64,000 nt of DNA from Actinomycetes bacterium (GTDB taxonomy: Bacteria > Actinomycetota > UBA4738 > HRBIN12). The notes under the pieces are model-generated. The model was not told the origin of the DNA and did no database searches. It worked only from the letters and a program-made list of their open reading frames with translations. Positions within the stretch are counted from its first letter, which is position 1. Every line of letters begins with the position of its first letter. The stretch is from NCBI GenBank assembly GCA_031423155.1, contig JANPEZ010000161.1, forward strand, positions 13,312 through 77,311, in the 5' to 3' direction. This document shows positions 1-9,143 of this stretch, piece by piece. Made by a program: the position numbers and the translations under genes.

Positions 1-228
1 CGCGACAGAGCAGAAGAGCCAGCCCAGCGGATTGCCCGGCTGCTTCGAGGCCATGAGGGTTCCGAGCCCGCCGTAGATCAGGAGCGGCAGCGCCATCACC
101 CCCGTTAGCACGACCACCGAAGGGTCCGACTTCCCGGGGATGAATGGCACGGAGGCGGCCATCGCGATCGACCCGAAGTAGATGCTGCGACTCAGGCGGC
201 GTGCCGAAGTCGTGCCGAGGTTCTTCAA
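1..228 (-). CDS. Sensor histidine kinase, N-terminal fragment of a fourth paralog (runs off the window start)
   Basis: Minus-strand translation gives LKNLGTTSARRLSRSIYFGSIAMAASVPFIPGKSDPSVVVLTGVMALPLLIYGGLGTLMASKQPGNPLGWLF. This aligns with the N-terminus of the kinase at 225..2282, including the shared PGNPxGWL motif. A TTG start overlaps the TGA stop of the upstream kinase (tTGa). Confidence 0.5.
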   Translation of the reverse strand, partial: MKNLGTTSARRLSRSIYFGSIAMAASVPFIPGKSDPSVVVLTGVMALPLLIYGGLGTLMASKQPGNPLGWLFCSVA

Positions 229-2282
229 ATGCTCCGTCCTTTCGTGGGTACGCGGCCGCGCACGGTGGTGCCGGCCCCGGGGGTGCTGGTGATGTCGATA
301 TCGCCGCCGAGCGCTGCGAGACGGTCGGCCATCCCCTGCAGCCCGGTCCCGTAGCCGGTCTCGCCGGAGTCGAACCCGGCACCGTCGTCGATGACCTCGA
401 ACGAAAGGGAGCCGTCCGCATCGGAAAGGCTCAAAGTCACCTGAGTGGCGCCGGCGTACTTGGCGACGTTCTGCAGCGCTTCCAGACAGCAGAAATACAC
501 TGCCGCCTCGACATCCTGTCCGTAACGCCCTAGATCGTCGGACACGACTGAGACGGGAACAACCGAGCGCCTAGCTTGCGCGTCGAGGGCCGCCACAAGT
601 CCCTTGTCCGCGAGTAGCGGCGGGTAGATCCCTCTCGCGAGGTCGCGCAGCGTATCGATGGCATCGGAGATGTCGTTTTGGAGACCGGCGAGCATCTCGG
701 TCGTCTTGACGGGGTCCTTGTCCGCCAGCGACTGGGCGAGCCTGGTCTTCACCGAGAGCGCCACGAGTTGCTGCTGGGCGCCATCGTGCAGATTGCGCTC
801 GATCTTGCGGCGCTCCTCGTCTTGGGCGGCGACCAACCGCTGACGGGAGGCCTTCAGCTCCTCGAGGCGCGCGAGCAGCTCTTGCGTGAGGCCGACATTC
901 CGAATGACCAGTCCTGCCTGACCCGCGAGATCGGAGACGAGCTTGGTCTCCGTGGGAGTGATCGGCTCCCCCGGCTTCTTCTCGATCGACAGGGCCCCGA
1001 GCAGTTCGCCCTGGTGTCGCACCTCGACGAGCCGGTCGGGCACCTCTTCGGCCGACACCGGGTCGAGCCGTGGCTGATCTTGTGGCCAGGTCGCCGCCGG
1101 CCGGAGTTCGATTCCGGCGCGTAGCCAGACATCGGCACGCGCGGCGTTGGTTCCCTCGGCCAGGATCCGCACCATCCGTGGCAACAGGTCCTCGTTCGCA
1201 TAGGCGCCGGCGAGCCGTTCGGAGAACTCCGAGAGCACCTCGTAGGGCGTCGCACGATTCCCGTAGACGACCCTGTCGGCCAGGTGTTGTGCACGCCGGC
1301 GCACGGGCTGGAACACGATGGCGACCACAGCTGCGGCGACGGCCGAGAGCACCGGGCTCCGCTGATCGCTGGCCGCTGCGCCGATCCCTATCACGATCGC
1401 GACGTAGACGCCGGTGATGAAGATAGCCAGCGCTCCGTACACGACGGCCTTGTTGATGACCAGATCGACGTCGAAAAGTCGGTACTTCAAGATCGCGATC
1501 CCGACCGAGATCGGCAGCAGCGCGATGATGAAGGCCTGGACGACGTCGGCCCACCCGCCGTTGCCGTGTTCCACAGGGATCGCGAGCCACGCAACGAAGA
1601 TCGCACCAGAGAGCATCAGCCACTTGATCTGCTGGCGCTCTTCGCCCCTGCTACGGCGGAACCGCACGACGAGCGAGGCCACACACGCGGCCATCAGCCC
1701 GATGAATAAGAAGGCGAGCACCTCGCGTGCGACGTTGAAGAACCCGGTCAAACCCTCTATCGCGTAGGGGTTGACGGCGTGACGGCCGCGAGCGTCGGTG
1801 AAGTCCGCTCCCTCGAACGCGAACGCGATCGACCATAGGACGATGACTAGCCCGCAGGCCCGGGCCATCCAGCGCCATCTGGCCGAAGGCAGGTGCCCGT
1901 CGGGGAACAGCAGGAACGGGTAGGTGAGCATCGCCCCGAAGATCGGGACCCAGACCCAGTTACCGAGCCAATTCGCTGCCGTGCCGCCGAATGCGCCCGG
2001 ATGGGTGACCGTAGCCCATCGTGCATACGTGTCGAAGAACGCGAAACCCACGGCGACTCCCACCCAGACGAAGAGATAGAGCCAGCCCACGGGATTCCCA
2101 GGCCGCCTTCGCGCGAGCACCACACCTATAGTCCCGATAGAGAAGAAAGCGACGGCCTGGGCCGAGTCCGACACTTGGAATGGATCGTGATCGAAGATGG
2201 ACAGCCCGATCGAAGCCGCCAACACAGCGAGGCCGAACATCCACACGAACGATGCGAGCCGGCGTGCTCGAGCAGGTTTCAC
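225..2282 (-). CDS. Sensor histidine kinase (HisKA_3/NarX-type with HATPase_c) carrying a multi-TM N-terminal sensor domain (paralog 1)
   Basis: 685-aa ORF. The N-terminal half has ~8 hydrophobic helices. The C-terminal half has the HisKA_3 H-box (ERNLHDGAQQQL) and HATPase motifs (EALQNVAKYAGA, DDGAGFD, GTGLQGMADR). The GTG start overlaps the TGA stop of the upstream paralog (gTGA). Confidence 0.85.
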   Translation of the reverse strand: MKPARARRLASFVWMFGLAVLAASIGLSIFDHDPFQVSDSAQAVAFFSIGTIGVVLARRRPGNPVGWLYLFVWVGVAVGFAFFDTYARWATVTHPGAFGGTAANWLGNWVWVPIFGAMLTYPFLLFPDGHLPSARWRWMARACGLVIVLWSIAFAFEGADFTDARGRHAVNPYAIEGLTGFFNVAREVLAFLFIGLMAACVASLVVRFRRSRGEERQQIKWLMLSGAIFVAWLAIPVEHGNGGWADVVQAFIIALLPISVGIAILKYRLFDVDLVINKAVVYGALAIFITGVYVAIVIGIGAAASDQRSPVLSAVAAAVVAIVFQPVRRRAQHLADRVVYGNRATPYEVLSEFSERLAGAYANEDLLPRMVRILAEGTNAARADVWLRAGIELRPAATWPQDQPRLDPVSAEEVPDRLVEVRHQGELLGALSIEKKPGEPITPTETKLVSDLAGQAGLVIRNVGLTQELLARLEELKASRQRLVAAQDEERRKIERNLHDGAQQQLVALSVKTRLAQSLADKDPVKTTEMLAGLQNDISDAIDTLRDLARGIYPPLLADKGLVAALDAQARRSVVPVSVVSDDLGRYGQDVEAAVYFCCLEALQNVAKYAGATQVTLSLSDADGSLSFEVIDDGAGFDSGETGYGTGLQGMADRLAALGGDIDITSTPGAGTTVRGRVPTKGRSI

Positions 2283-4315
2283 GATGCGTTCCCTATCCTG
2301 GGCACCCGGCCGATGACCGTCGTCCCACCTCCGGGACTGGATCGGACTTCGAGCCGTCCGTCGAGCGCCGCGAGCCTATCGGCCATCCCCTGTAGTCCCG
2401 TCCCGTAGCCGGTCTCGCCGGAGTCGAACCCGGCACCGTCGTCGATGACCTCGAACGAAAGGGAGCCATCAGTATCGGAAAGGCTCAAAGTCACCTGCGT
2501 GGCACCGGCGTACTTCGCGACGTTCTGGAGCGCTTCCAGACAGCAGAAGTAGACTGCGGCTTCCGTGTCTTGAGGGAATCTTCCGATCGAGCCGGCCTCG
2601 ACCGTCACGGGTACGGCGGCTCTGCGAGCTTGCGACTCAAGTGCCGCGACCAATCCCTTGTCGGCCAGTAACGGCGGATAGATGCCGCGCGCCAGGTCTC
2701 TGAGGTTGTCCAGTGCTTCGCCGGTGTCCTCCCCGAGTTGGGCGAGCATCTCCTTGGCCTTTGCGACGTCGCGACCCAGGATCTGTTCGGCAAGACGCAG
2801 CTTCACCTGGAGGGCAACGAGTTGCTGCTGCGCGCCGTCGTGCAGGTTGCGTTCGATCTTGCGGCGCTCCTCGTCTTGGGCGGCGACGATGCGCTGACGG
2901 GACGCTCGGAGTTCCTCGATGAGTCTCACGTTCCGGAGGACCAGGCCGGCCTGGGAGGCGAGGTCCTCGACGAGCTTGGCTTTCGCCGGGTTCATCGGAT
3001 CGGCAGCGGGCATCGAAACCGAGAGAGCGCCGAGCAGCTCACCCTGGTGGCGGACCTCCACGGCATCGGCGGGAAGCTCCGACGGGGCGACCGCGTCCAC
3101 GGGCGAGGTGGCCGAGGGCCTTAGGCCACCACCGATCTTCAGCCAGACGATCGCCGAGTCCGCGCCGGTACCGGCCTGCAGCACCTGAGCCATGCGAGGA
3201 AGTACGTCATCGGATGCGTAGGTCTCCGAGACCCGGCCGGAGAACTCGGCGAGAACCTCGTACGGCGTCGCGCGCTTCCCGTAGACCAGCCGGTCCGCGA
3301 CCTTGCGCGCGCGGTCCCTCGCCGGTTGGAATAAGACGGCCAACGCCGCTGCAGCGGCGAACGAAAGGGCCGTCGAGCCGGAGGACGACACGAACGCCCC
3401 GACGCCCGCGACGATGCCCGCGTAGACGATCGAGATGAATACCGCTAGCAGTCCGAACACGACCGCCTTTCGGATCACGATGTCCAGGTCGTAGAGGTGG
3501 TATTTCAAGATCGCGACGGCACACGCTGCCGGGATACCCAAGAGCACCATCACGACTAAGGCATAGCCGAGTGCCCCCGCCGCCACGGAGTTCTCGCCCA
3601 ACGTGGCGATAACCACCATGTTGGCCACGAACCCCACCACGGTCGCGATCCCGAGGTACGCCAGCCATCGGATCTGTTGGCGCTCGTCTCCGCGGGCCTC
3701 GCGGTACCTCAGGACGAGGCCGACGATCGACAACACGATGCACGCGAGGATCGTTGCACCCGCGACCCCAAGGATCGCGCCGACCGGACCTTCCAGGGCC
3801 TCGATCGCGTAAGGGTTGGCCAGCTCCTTGCCACCGGTGAGGGTCAGGTCCTGAGGAAGGATCGCGAATCCTCCTATGAGCACGCTCGTCGCAGTTACAT
3901 AGGCACGCCACACCCAGCGCCAGCGTGGGGTGCCGGTCGGATAGAGGAGCGGGATCGCGATAAGCAGGAGGAGCGCGAGGAAGAAGGCTAGTTGGTCGAG
4001 TAACGCGGCCAAGCCGGTGAAAGGGAGCGGCCGAGCGCGGACGACGGAAGAGTAGGTCGCATAGATATCGGCCGTCACGAAGATGGCGACCGCGACTATC
4101 ACGGCGATCAAGGCCCACCCGACCGCGTTGCCGGCCTTCGCCGCGATCGTGGCGCCGACGGGCGCCATGGCCAGCACCGCCGCGAGGACCAGCAGCGCCA
4201 GTACTGGATCGTCGCCCACACGGAACGCGTAACTGAGGATGAGACCCGAGGTCGTCAGCGCCACCGACGCTCCAGCGGTGAACCATGCGAGCCTGCCCCT
4301 CGTGCGGACGTTCAT
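2279..4315 (-). CDS. Sensor histidine kinase (HisKA_3 with HATPase_c) carrying a multi-TM sensor domain (paralog 2)
   Basis: The C-terminus is almost identical to the kinase at 225..2282 (ERNLHDGAQQQLVAL, EALQNVAKYAGATQVTLSLSD). The start was chosen at MNVRTRGRLAWF, which has a GGAG ribosome-binding site 5 nt upstream. The ORF track extends further, to 4435. Confidence 0.85.
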   Translation of the reverse strand: MNVRTRGRLAWFTAGASVALTTSGLILSYAFRVGDDPVLALLVLAAVLAMAPVGATIAAKAGNAVGWALIAVIVAVAIFVTADIYATYSSVVRARPLPFTGLAALLDQLAFFLALLLLIAIPLLYPTGTPRWRWVWRAYVTATSVLIGGFAILPQDLTLTGGKELANPYAIEALEGPVGAILGVAGATILACIVLSIVGLVLRYREARGDERQQIRWLAYLGIATVVGFVANMVVIATLGENSVAAGALGYALVVMVLLGIPAACAVAILKYHLYDLDIVIRKAVVFGLLAVFISIVYAGIVAGVGAFVSSSGSTALSFAAAAALAVLFQPARDRARKVADRLVYGKRATPYEVLAEFSGRVSETYASDDVLPRMAQVLQAGTGADSAIVWLKIGGGLRPSATSPVDAVAPSELPADAVEVRHQGELLGALSVSMPAADPMNPAKAKLVEDLASQAGLVLRNVRLIEELRASRQRIVAAQDEERRKIERNLHDGAQQQLVALQVKLRLAEQILGRDVAKAKEMLAQLGEDTGEALDNLRDLARGIYPPLLADKGLVAALESQARRAAVPVTVEAGSIGRFPQDTEAAVYFCCLEALQNVAKYAGATQVTLSLSDTDGSLSFEVIDDGAGFDSGETGYGTGLQGMADRLAALDGRLEVRSSPGGGTTVIGRVPRIGNAS

Positions 4316-4546
4316 GCCGTCTCCAACTTGAGTGCAGGGACATGCCCGGTGGCAGACTTCTCGACCATGCGGGCATCTTCCCCCGGGCCGCTGCTTCGGC
4401 GGTAGGAGGCTTACGCGACTTTCCGTGCGTGGCACCCCACCCCCTTGTGGGTGCCTGCACCCCCGCTCAACCGTGGTGGCGGCCGGGTCGTTTCAGGGGC
4501 CGGATGGGCCTACCTTCGAGGCGTGGACATAGACAGGAGGCCCGCG

Positions 4547-4954
4547 ATGAAGACCATCTTGGTAGGAACGGATACTTCGGCCGCAGCCGATCTGGCCGTA
4601 GAGGACGCCGCCCGGCTTGCCCGGGACCGGGGCGCAGAACTGCTGGTGCTATACGTCAAGCCCGAATCGGATCTGAAGTCTGTGGTCGATCCGGACCACT
4701 CACCCGACCCGGCCGGGTACCTGGCGAAGATCTCCGGCCGATTCCCCGAGGTCTCGATACGCACTCGGACCGAGAGAGGGGATCCGGCGACCCTGATCTG
4801 CGACGTCGCCGCCGACGAGAAGGTCGACACCATCGTCGTCGGCAACAGGGGTGCTAACGGCTCTAAGTGGCGCGTTCGTGACAGCGTTCCGACGCTGGTG
4901 CTTCGCCACTCGCCGTGTTCGGTTCTGATCGTCGACACCAGAAGGGCGCAGTGA
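4547..4954 (+). CDS. Universal stress protein (UspA family)
   Basis: Starts MKTILVGTDTSAAADLAVEDAARLARDRGAELLVLYV and has the VGNRG ATP-binding motif. An AGGAGG site sits 6 nt upstream of the ATG at 4547. Confidence 0.85.
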   Translation: MKTILVGTDTSAAADLAVEDAARLARDRGAELLVLYVKPESDLKSVVDPDHSPDPAGYLAKISGRFPEVSIRTRTERGDPATLICDVAADEKVDTIVVGNRGANGSKWRVRDSVPTLVLRHSPCSVLIVDTRRAQ

Positions 4955-4962
4955 CTCGGATG

Positions 4963-5646
4963 CTAAGCCTGCTCGGTCTCCCGCAGGAAGGCCAGAACCG
5001 CCATGACCCGGCGGTGAACGTCGGGTTCCTCGGTCAGGTCGAGCTTGTGGAAGAGCGAGTTGATGTGCTTCTCGACGGCACGCTCGGTCAGGAACAGAGC
5101 CTTGGCGATCGCGGCGTTGTTCTTGCCCTGAGCCATCTCGCCCAGGACCTCCCGCTCGCGGTCGGTGAGTTGACCGAGCGGGGAGTGCGCCATCCGCTCT
5201 TTCGCGGAAACGAGGGCCTCGACGACCTTTGGATCCAAGACGCTGCCGCCGCGCGAGACCTCGGTCAGGGCGCGGACGAGCTCGTCGACATCGGCGACCC
5301 GCTCTTTCAGCAGGTACCCCAGTCCGGCGGCGCCGTCCTTCAACAGGTCGTAGGCGTACTCCTCCTCGGCGAACTGGGACAGGACCACGACGCCGATCTC
5401 CGGGTAGGTCTCTCGGATCATCTTGGCGGCGTCGATGCCCTCGTTCGTACCAGTGGGGGGCATCCGGATGTCGGTCAGGACCGCGTCGGGCTTCAACTCC
5501 TCGACCGCGGCGAGCAGTTCGTCTTTGGTCGTGGCGGTGCCGACGAGCTCCACGGCGTCGCTGGTCGCGAGCAGGGCCGCTGTACCTTCCCTGACGAGGT
5601 AGTTATCCTCCGCGAACACGACCCGGATCATGCGCGGATGGTACAC
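4963..5646 (-). CDS. Two-component response regulator, NarL/LuxR family (receiver domain plus LuxR helix-turn-helix)
   Basis: The receiver domain reads MIRVVFAEDNYLVREG...DAVLTDIRMPP. The LuxR helix-turn-helix reads LTDREREVLGEMAQGKNNAAIAKALFLTERAVEKHINSLFHKL. The start is either GTG at 5646 or ATG at 5631. Confidence 0.85.
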   Translation of the reverse strand: MYHPRMIRVVFAEDNYLVREGTAALLATSDAVELVGTATTKDELLAAVEELKPDAVLTDIRMPPTGTNEGIDAAKMIRETYPEIGVVVLSQFAEEEYAYDLLKDGAAGLGYLLKERVADVDELVRALTEVSRGGSVLDPKVVEALVSAKERMAHSPLGQLTDREREVLGEMAQGKNNAAIAKALFLTERAVEKHINSLFHKLDLTEEPDVHRRVMAVLAFLRETEQA

Positions 5647-5678
5647 GCGCCCGGGCGGCCGAAGGCGAAGGTGGTTGC

Positions 5679-6956
5679 GTGACGATCAGAGTGGTGCTGG
5701 GAGAGGACAACGTCCTCGTGCGCGAGGGCGTGCGGGCCTTGCTCAACTCCTACGACGACATCGAAGTGGTCGGCGTGGCCGAGGACGCACCCTCGCTGCT
5801 GGCCACCGCGGCCGAGCACACTCCCGACGTAGTCGTCACCGACATCAAGATGCCGCCCTCCTTCCAGCTCGAGGGCATCGACTGCGCCCACGCGATCCGC
5901 AACGACCACCCCGACACGGGCGTGGTCGTCTTGTCGGCCCACGATGACGAGGCCTACGCGTTGGCGTTGCTGGGAGGGGGCCACAGCGGCCTGGCGTACC
6001 TGTTGAAGGATCGCATCGCTCAGGGTGACGAGCTCGCCCGCGCGATCCGCGAGGTCCATGCCGGTGGCAGCGCCGTCGATCCTCTGATCGCCGAGCGGCT
6101 CTCGGGCCGAAGCGACACCGTCGATGCCGACCGCGAGATCCTCGACATGATGTCGAAGGGTGTCGGCTACGAGCAGATGGCGACGCAGCTCGGGACCACT
6201 CAGGAAGCGGTGGACCGGCGCGTCACGGAACTGTTCCAGCGCATGGCCTCCGGCACCGGCTCCGGCGGCGCCGTGGTCGACGAGATGAAGAAACTTCACG
6301 CGGCGGTGGTCGACAAGGAGTCGACCGCCAGCTCCCTCCGTTCATACGTGCCCTCGCAGGTCGTTCAGCACCTCGCGAGCGGAGACGGCCAGATGCTGCA
6401 ACAGGAGTTAGAGGTCACCGTCCTGTTCAGCGACATCCGCGGCTTCTCGACGATCGCCGAACGTCTCTCCGCGCGCGAGATCGCCGACGTCGTCGGCAAA
6501 CACCTTTCCGCTATGGCCGAGGTGATCGTCGAACACGGAGGGACCATCGATAAGTTCCAAGGTGATGCGGTGATGGCGATCTTCGGCGCGCCCGATCCCT
6601 TGACCGATCACGCCGAGCGCGCGCTGAAGTGCGCCCTCCACATGCAGAAGCGTCAGGGCGAACTTAACGACGAGGGCTGGGGAAGCGACAAGGTCGACAC
6701 CCTCGGTGTCGGCATCGGTCTCAACACCGGCACCGTCATCGCCGGCGCCATCGGAGGCGGCGGCCGCCTGGAGTACACGGTCATCGGCGACGCCGTGAAC
6801 GTAGCCCAGCGGCTTCAGTCCGAGGCCGCGGCAGGCGAGATTGTCGCAGCGGCCTCCACGGTCGCAGCTGCTCCCGACGTGAGCTGCGAGCCGATTGGTG
6901 CTAGGACAGTGAAGGGGCGCGAGGAGCCCATCGAGGTATTCCGTGTCCTCGCCTGA
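5679..6956 (+). CDS. Response regulator with receiver domain, a degenerate LuxR-like helix-turn-helix, and a class III adenylate/guanylate cyclase domain
   Basis: The N-terminus (TIRVVLGEDNVLVREG...DVVVTDIKMPP) is clearly a paralog of the regulator at 4963..5646. The C-terminus carries cyclase motifs: VTVLFSDIRGFST, FQGDAVMAIFG, GLNTGTVIAGAIG, YTVIGDAVNVAQRLQ. It has a GTG start with GAAGGTGG upstream. Confidence 0.8.
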   Translation: MTIRVVLGEDNVLVREGVRALLNSYDDIEVVGVAEDAPSLLATAAEHTPDVVVTDIKMPPSFQLEGIDCAHAIRNDHPDTGVVVLSAHDDEAYALALLGGGHSGLAYLLKDRIAQGDELARAIREVHAGGSAVDPLIAERLSGRSDTVDADREILDMMSKGVGYEQMATQLGTTQEAVDRRVTELFQRMASGTGSGGAVVDEMKKLHAAVVDKESTASSLRSYVPSQVVQHLASGDGQMLQQELEVTVLFSDIRGFSTIAERLSAREIADVVGKHLSAMAEVIVEHGGTIDKFQGDAVMAIFGAPDPLTDHAERALKCALHMQKRQGELNDEGWGSDKVDTLGVGIGLNTGTVIAGAIGGGGRLEYTVIGDAVNVAQRLQSEAAAGEIVAAASTVAAAPDVSCEPIGARTVKGREEPIEVFRVLA

Positions 6957-9126
6957 TAGCGCCGAAGGTCTAGCCGCTGGCGCGGCCGCGCTCCCCCGCC
7001 CCACCCGATGGCCATGGCTCGTTCTTGCCGTGTTCGTCACGATCGCTGCTGTCGCGATGATCCTCGTCTCCATCAACGACGAGTCCCTGGGCGAGCAGAT
7101 CCCTTACGTGATCGCGTTCTCGATGTTCGGCGTGGTCGGCGCGCTCATCGCGAGTCGTGACCGGGGGAACAGGATCGGACTCATCCTGCTCATGGCGTCG
7201 TTCCTCACCGCCCTGTCGTTCCTTTCCTTCGAGGTCCTCACCTACTCGCTGGTCCGTGGGCAGAGCGGTTGGTGGGTCGTGCCATCCGCGTTGGCGAACA
7301 GCACCGGTTGGCTCTTCGGGATCCTTCCCGCCATCTTCTTCCTGCCGCTGCTCTTCCCCGATGGACATGTGGCGTCCCCGCGATGGCGGGTGCTCTTGTG
7401 GATCATCAACGTCTTCCTGGCGGTGGTCGCCATCAACCTGCTCTTCGGGCAGGAGACCATCTCCGGCTCGACCGACGCGTACAAGATCGCCAACCCCTTC
7501 TATATGGACGCCGCCGGAAGCATCCCCGTCGATGCCCTGATCGCCATCATGTTCCCCGCCGTCTTCGGAGCGGGAATCGCCTCTTTGATCGTGCGGTTCC
7601 GTCGCGCTCAGGGAGTCGAGCGTCAGCAGATCAAGTGGGTTGCTTTCGGTCTCGGCCTGGCGCTGATGATCATCTTCTCGTCCAGCTCCGCGCAGGAGGA
7701 GTCCGTTCTAACGGCCTGGATCAACGGAGCGGGGTTCATGCTTTTCCCGATCTCGATCGGCATCGCGGTCTTGCGGTTCCACCTCTACGACCTCGACCTC
7801 GTCGTGAAGAAGACCCTGATCTACGCAGCCTTTGCGGTGCTGGCGACCGCGATCTACCTCGCGATGGTGGTCGGAGTCGGGGCGTGGCTCGGGCGTAACA
7901 ACTCGCTCCTGACGATGCTCGCCGCCGTCGTTGTGGCGCTCACGTTCCAACCCGCGCGTGCCCGTCTCACACGTCTAGCCGATCGCATGGTCTACGGCAA
8001 GAGGGCGACGCCCTACGAGGTCCTGTCCGAATTCTCCGAACGGGTGGGAGAGGCCTACTCGGCCGACGACGTTCTGCCGCGCATGGCGCGCATCCTCGGT
8101 GAGGGCGTCGGTGCCGAACGCGCAGACGTTTGGCTCGTGGTGGACGACGCGCTGCGTGACGTGGCCGCATGGCCGGCCGATTCTGAAGTCTCGGGCGCCC
8201 TTCCCATCACGAACGGAGCGATCCCGCCGATCGACGGTGCCGACCGCGCCTATCCAGTCGAGCAGGCCGGCGAGCTCCTCGGCGCGCTCACGATCCGTAA
8301 GCCAGCCGCCGATCCGGTTTCACCGGCCGACGAGAAGTTGATCGCCGGCTTGGCATCGCAGGCGGGTCTTGTCCTTCGCAACGTGAGGCTCACGGAAGAG
8401 TTGAAGGCTCGATTGCAGGACTTGAAGGGCGCGCAGAAACGCCTCGTTTCGGCCCAAGACGAGGAGCGCCGCAAGCTCGAGCGCAACATCCACGACGGCG
8501 CGCAGCAGCAGCTGGTCGCTTTGGCCGTCAAGGCACGTCTGGCCCGCCAGTTCACCGACCGGGATCCGGCGCGGGTCGTCGAGATGCTCGATCAGATAGA
8601 GACCGAGATGCAACAGGCGCTGGAGGACCTGCGCGACCTAGCCCGGGGCATCTACCCACCGCTCTTAGCGGACAAAGGCATCGGGGCCGCCATAGAGGCC
8701 CAAGCACGCCGTTCTCCCCTCCCGGTTTCGGTTGGATCCGATGTCGCGGGCCGTTTCGCTCGTGAGGTCGAGGCAGCCGTATATTTCTGCGTCCTCGAGG
8801 CGCTTCAGAACGCGGCCAAGTACTCGGAGGCGAGTGCAGTCACGGTCAGCTTCTATCGCGAGGCCGACGACCTGGTTTTCGTCGTCACCGACGACGGTAG
8901 TGGGTTCGATCCCTCGGCGATCGGATACGGCACGGGTCTTCAGGGCATCGCCGATCGCCTCGGCGCTCTCGAGGGCTCGATGTCCGTTGCAAGCTCGCCT
9001 GGTGCCGGCACGATACTGACCGGTCGTCTTCCGGTCGTTGAGCTCAGCTTGCCGTCCGAGGATGATGTCTCGGGCGTAGTCGAGGTACAACAGCACGTTC
9101 AAAGCGTGGAGTCGGCAGACGCGTAG
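6943..9126 (+). CDS. Sensor histidine kinase (HisKA_3 with HATPase_c) carrying a multi-TM sensor domain (paralog 3)
   Basis: Has the same conserved motifs as the other kinases (ERQQIKW, YGKRATPYEVLSEFSERV, ERNIHDGAQQQLVAL, EALQNAAKYSEA, DDGSGFD). The GTG start overlaps the end of the cyclase regulator; the start is uncertain. Confidence 0.8.
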   Translation: MSSPDSAEGLAAGAAALPRPTRWPWLVLAVFVTIAAVAMILVSINDESLGEQIPYVIAFSMFGVVGALIASRDRGNRIGLILLMASFLTALSFLSFEVLTYSLVRGQSGWWVVPSALANSTGWLFGILPAIFFLPLLFPDGHVASPRWRVLLWIINVFLAVVAINLLFGQETISGSTDAYKIANPFYMDAAGSIPVDALIAIMFPAVFGAGIASLIVRFRRAQGVERQQIKWVAFGLGLALMIIFSSSSAQEESVLTAWINGAGFMLFPISIGIAVLRFHLYDLDLVVKKTLIYAAFAVLATAIYLAMVVGVGAWLGRNNSLLTMLAAVVVALTFQPARARLTRLADRMVYGKRATPYEVLSEFSERVGEAYSADDVLPRMARILGEGVGAERADVWLVVDDALRDVAAWPADSEVSGALPITNGAIPPIDGADRAYPVEQAGELLGALTIRKPAADPVSPADEKLIAGLASQAGLVLRNVRLTEELKARLQDLKGAQKRLVSAQDEERRKLERNIHDGAQQQLVALAVKARLARQFTDRDPARVVEMLDQIETEMQQALEDLRDLARGIYPPLLADKGIGAAIEAQARRSPLPVSVGSDVAGRFAREVEAAVYFCVLEALQNAAKYSEASAVTVSFYREADDLVFVVTDDGSGFDPSAIGYGTGLQGIADRLGALEGSMSVASSPGAGTILTGRLPVVELSLPSEDDVSGVVEVQQHVQSVESADA

Positions 9127-9143
9127 AGAGGGAGGCTAGATCG

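Noticed and set aside
144-533. A 129-aa plus-strand ORF at the window start.
   Set aside because: It is antisense to the junction of two paralogous sensor-kinase genes and has no recognisable domain.
571-1623. Long antisense ORFs (350 aa and others) overlapping the sensor kinases at 225..2282 and 2279..4315. Examples are 3207..4460, 5628..6299, 10509..11492, 57368..58462, and 62014..63708, which is antisense to groEL.
   Set aside because: These are typical high-GC artefacts. They are Arg/Pro/Gly-rich, have no ribosome-binding site, have poor GC at third codon positions, and each overlaps a strongly supported gene on the other strand.
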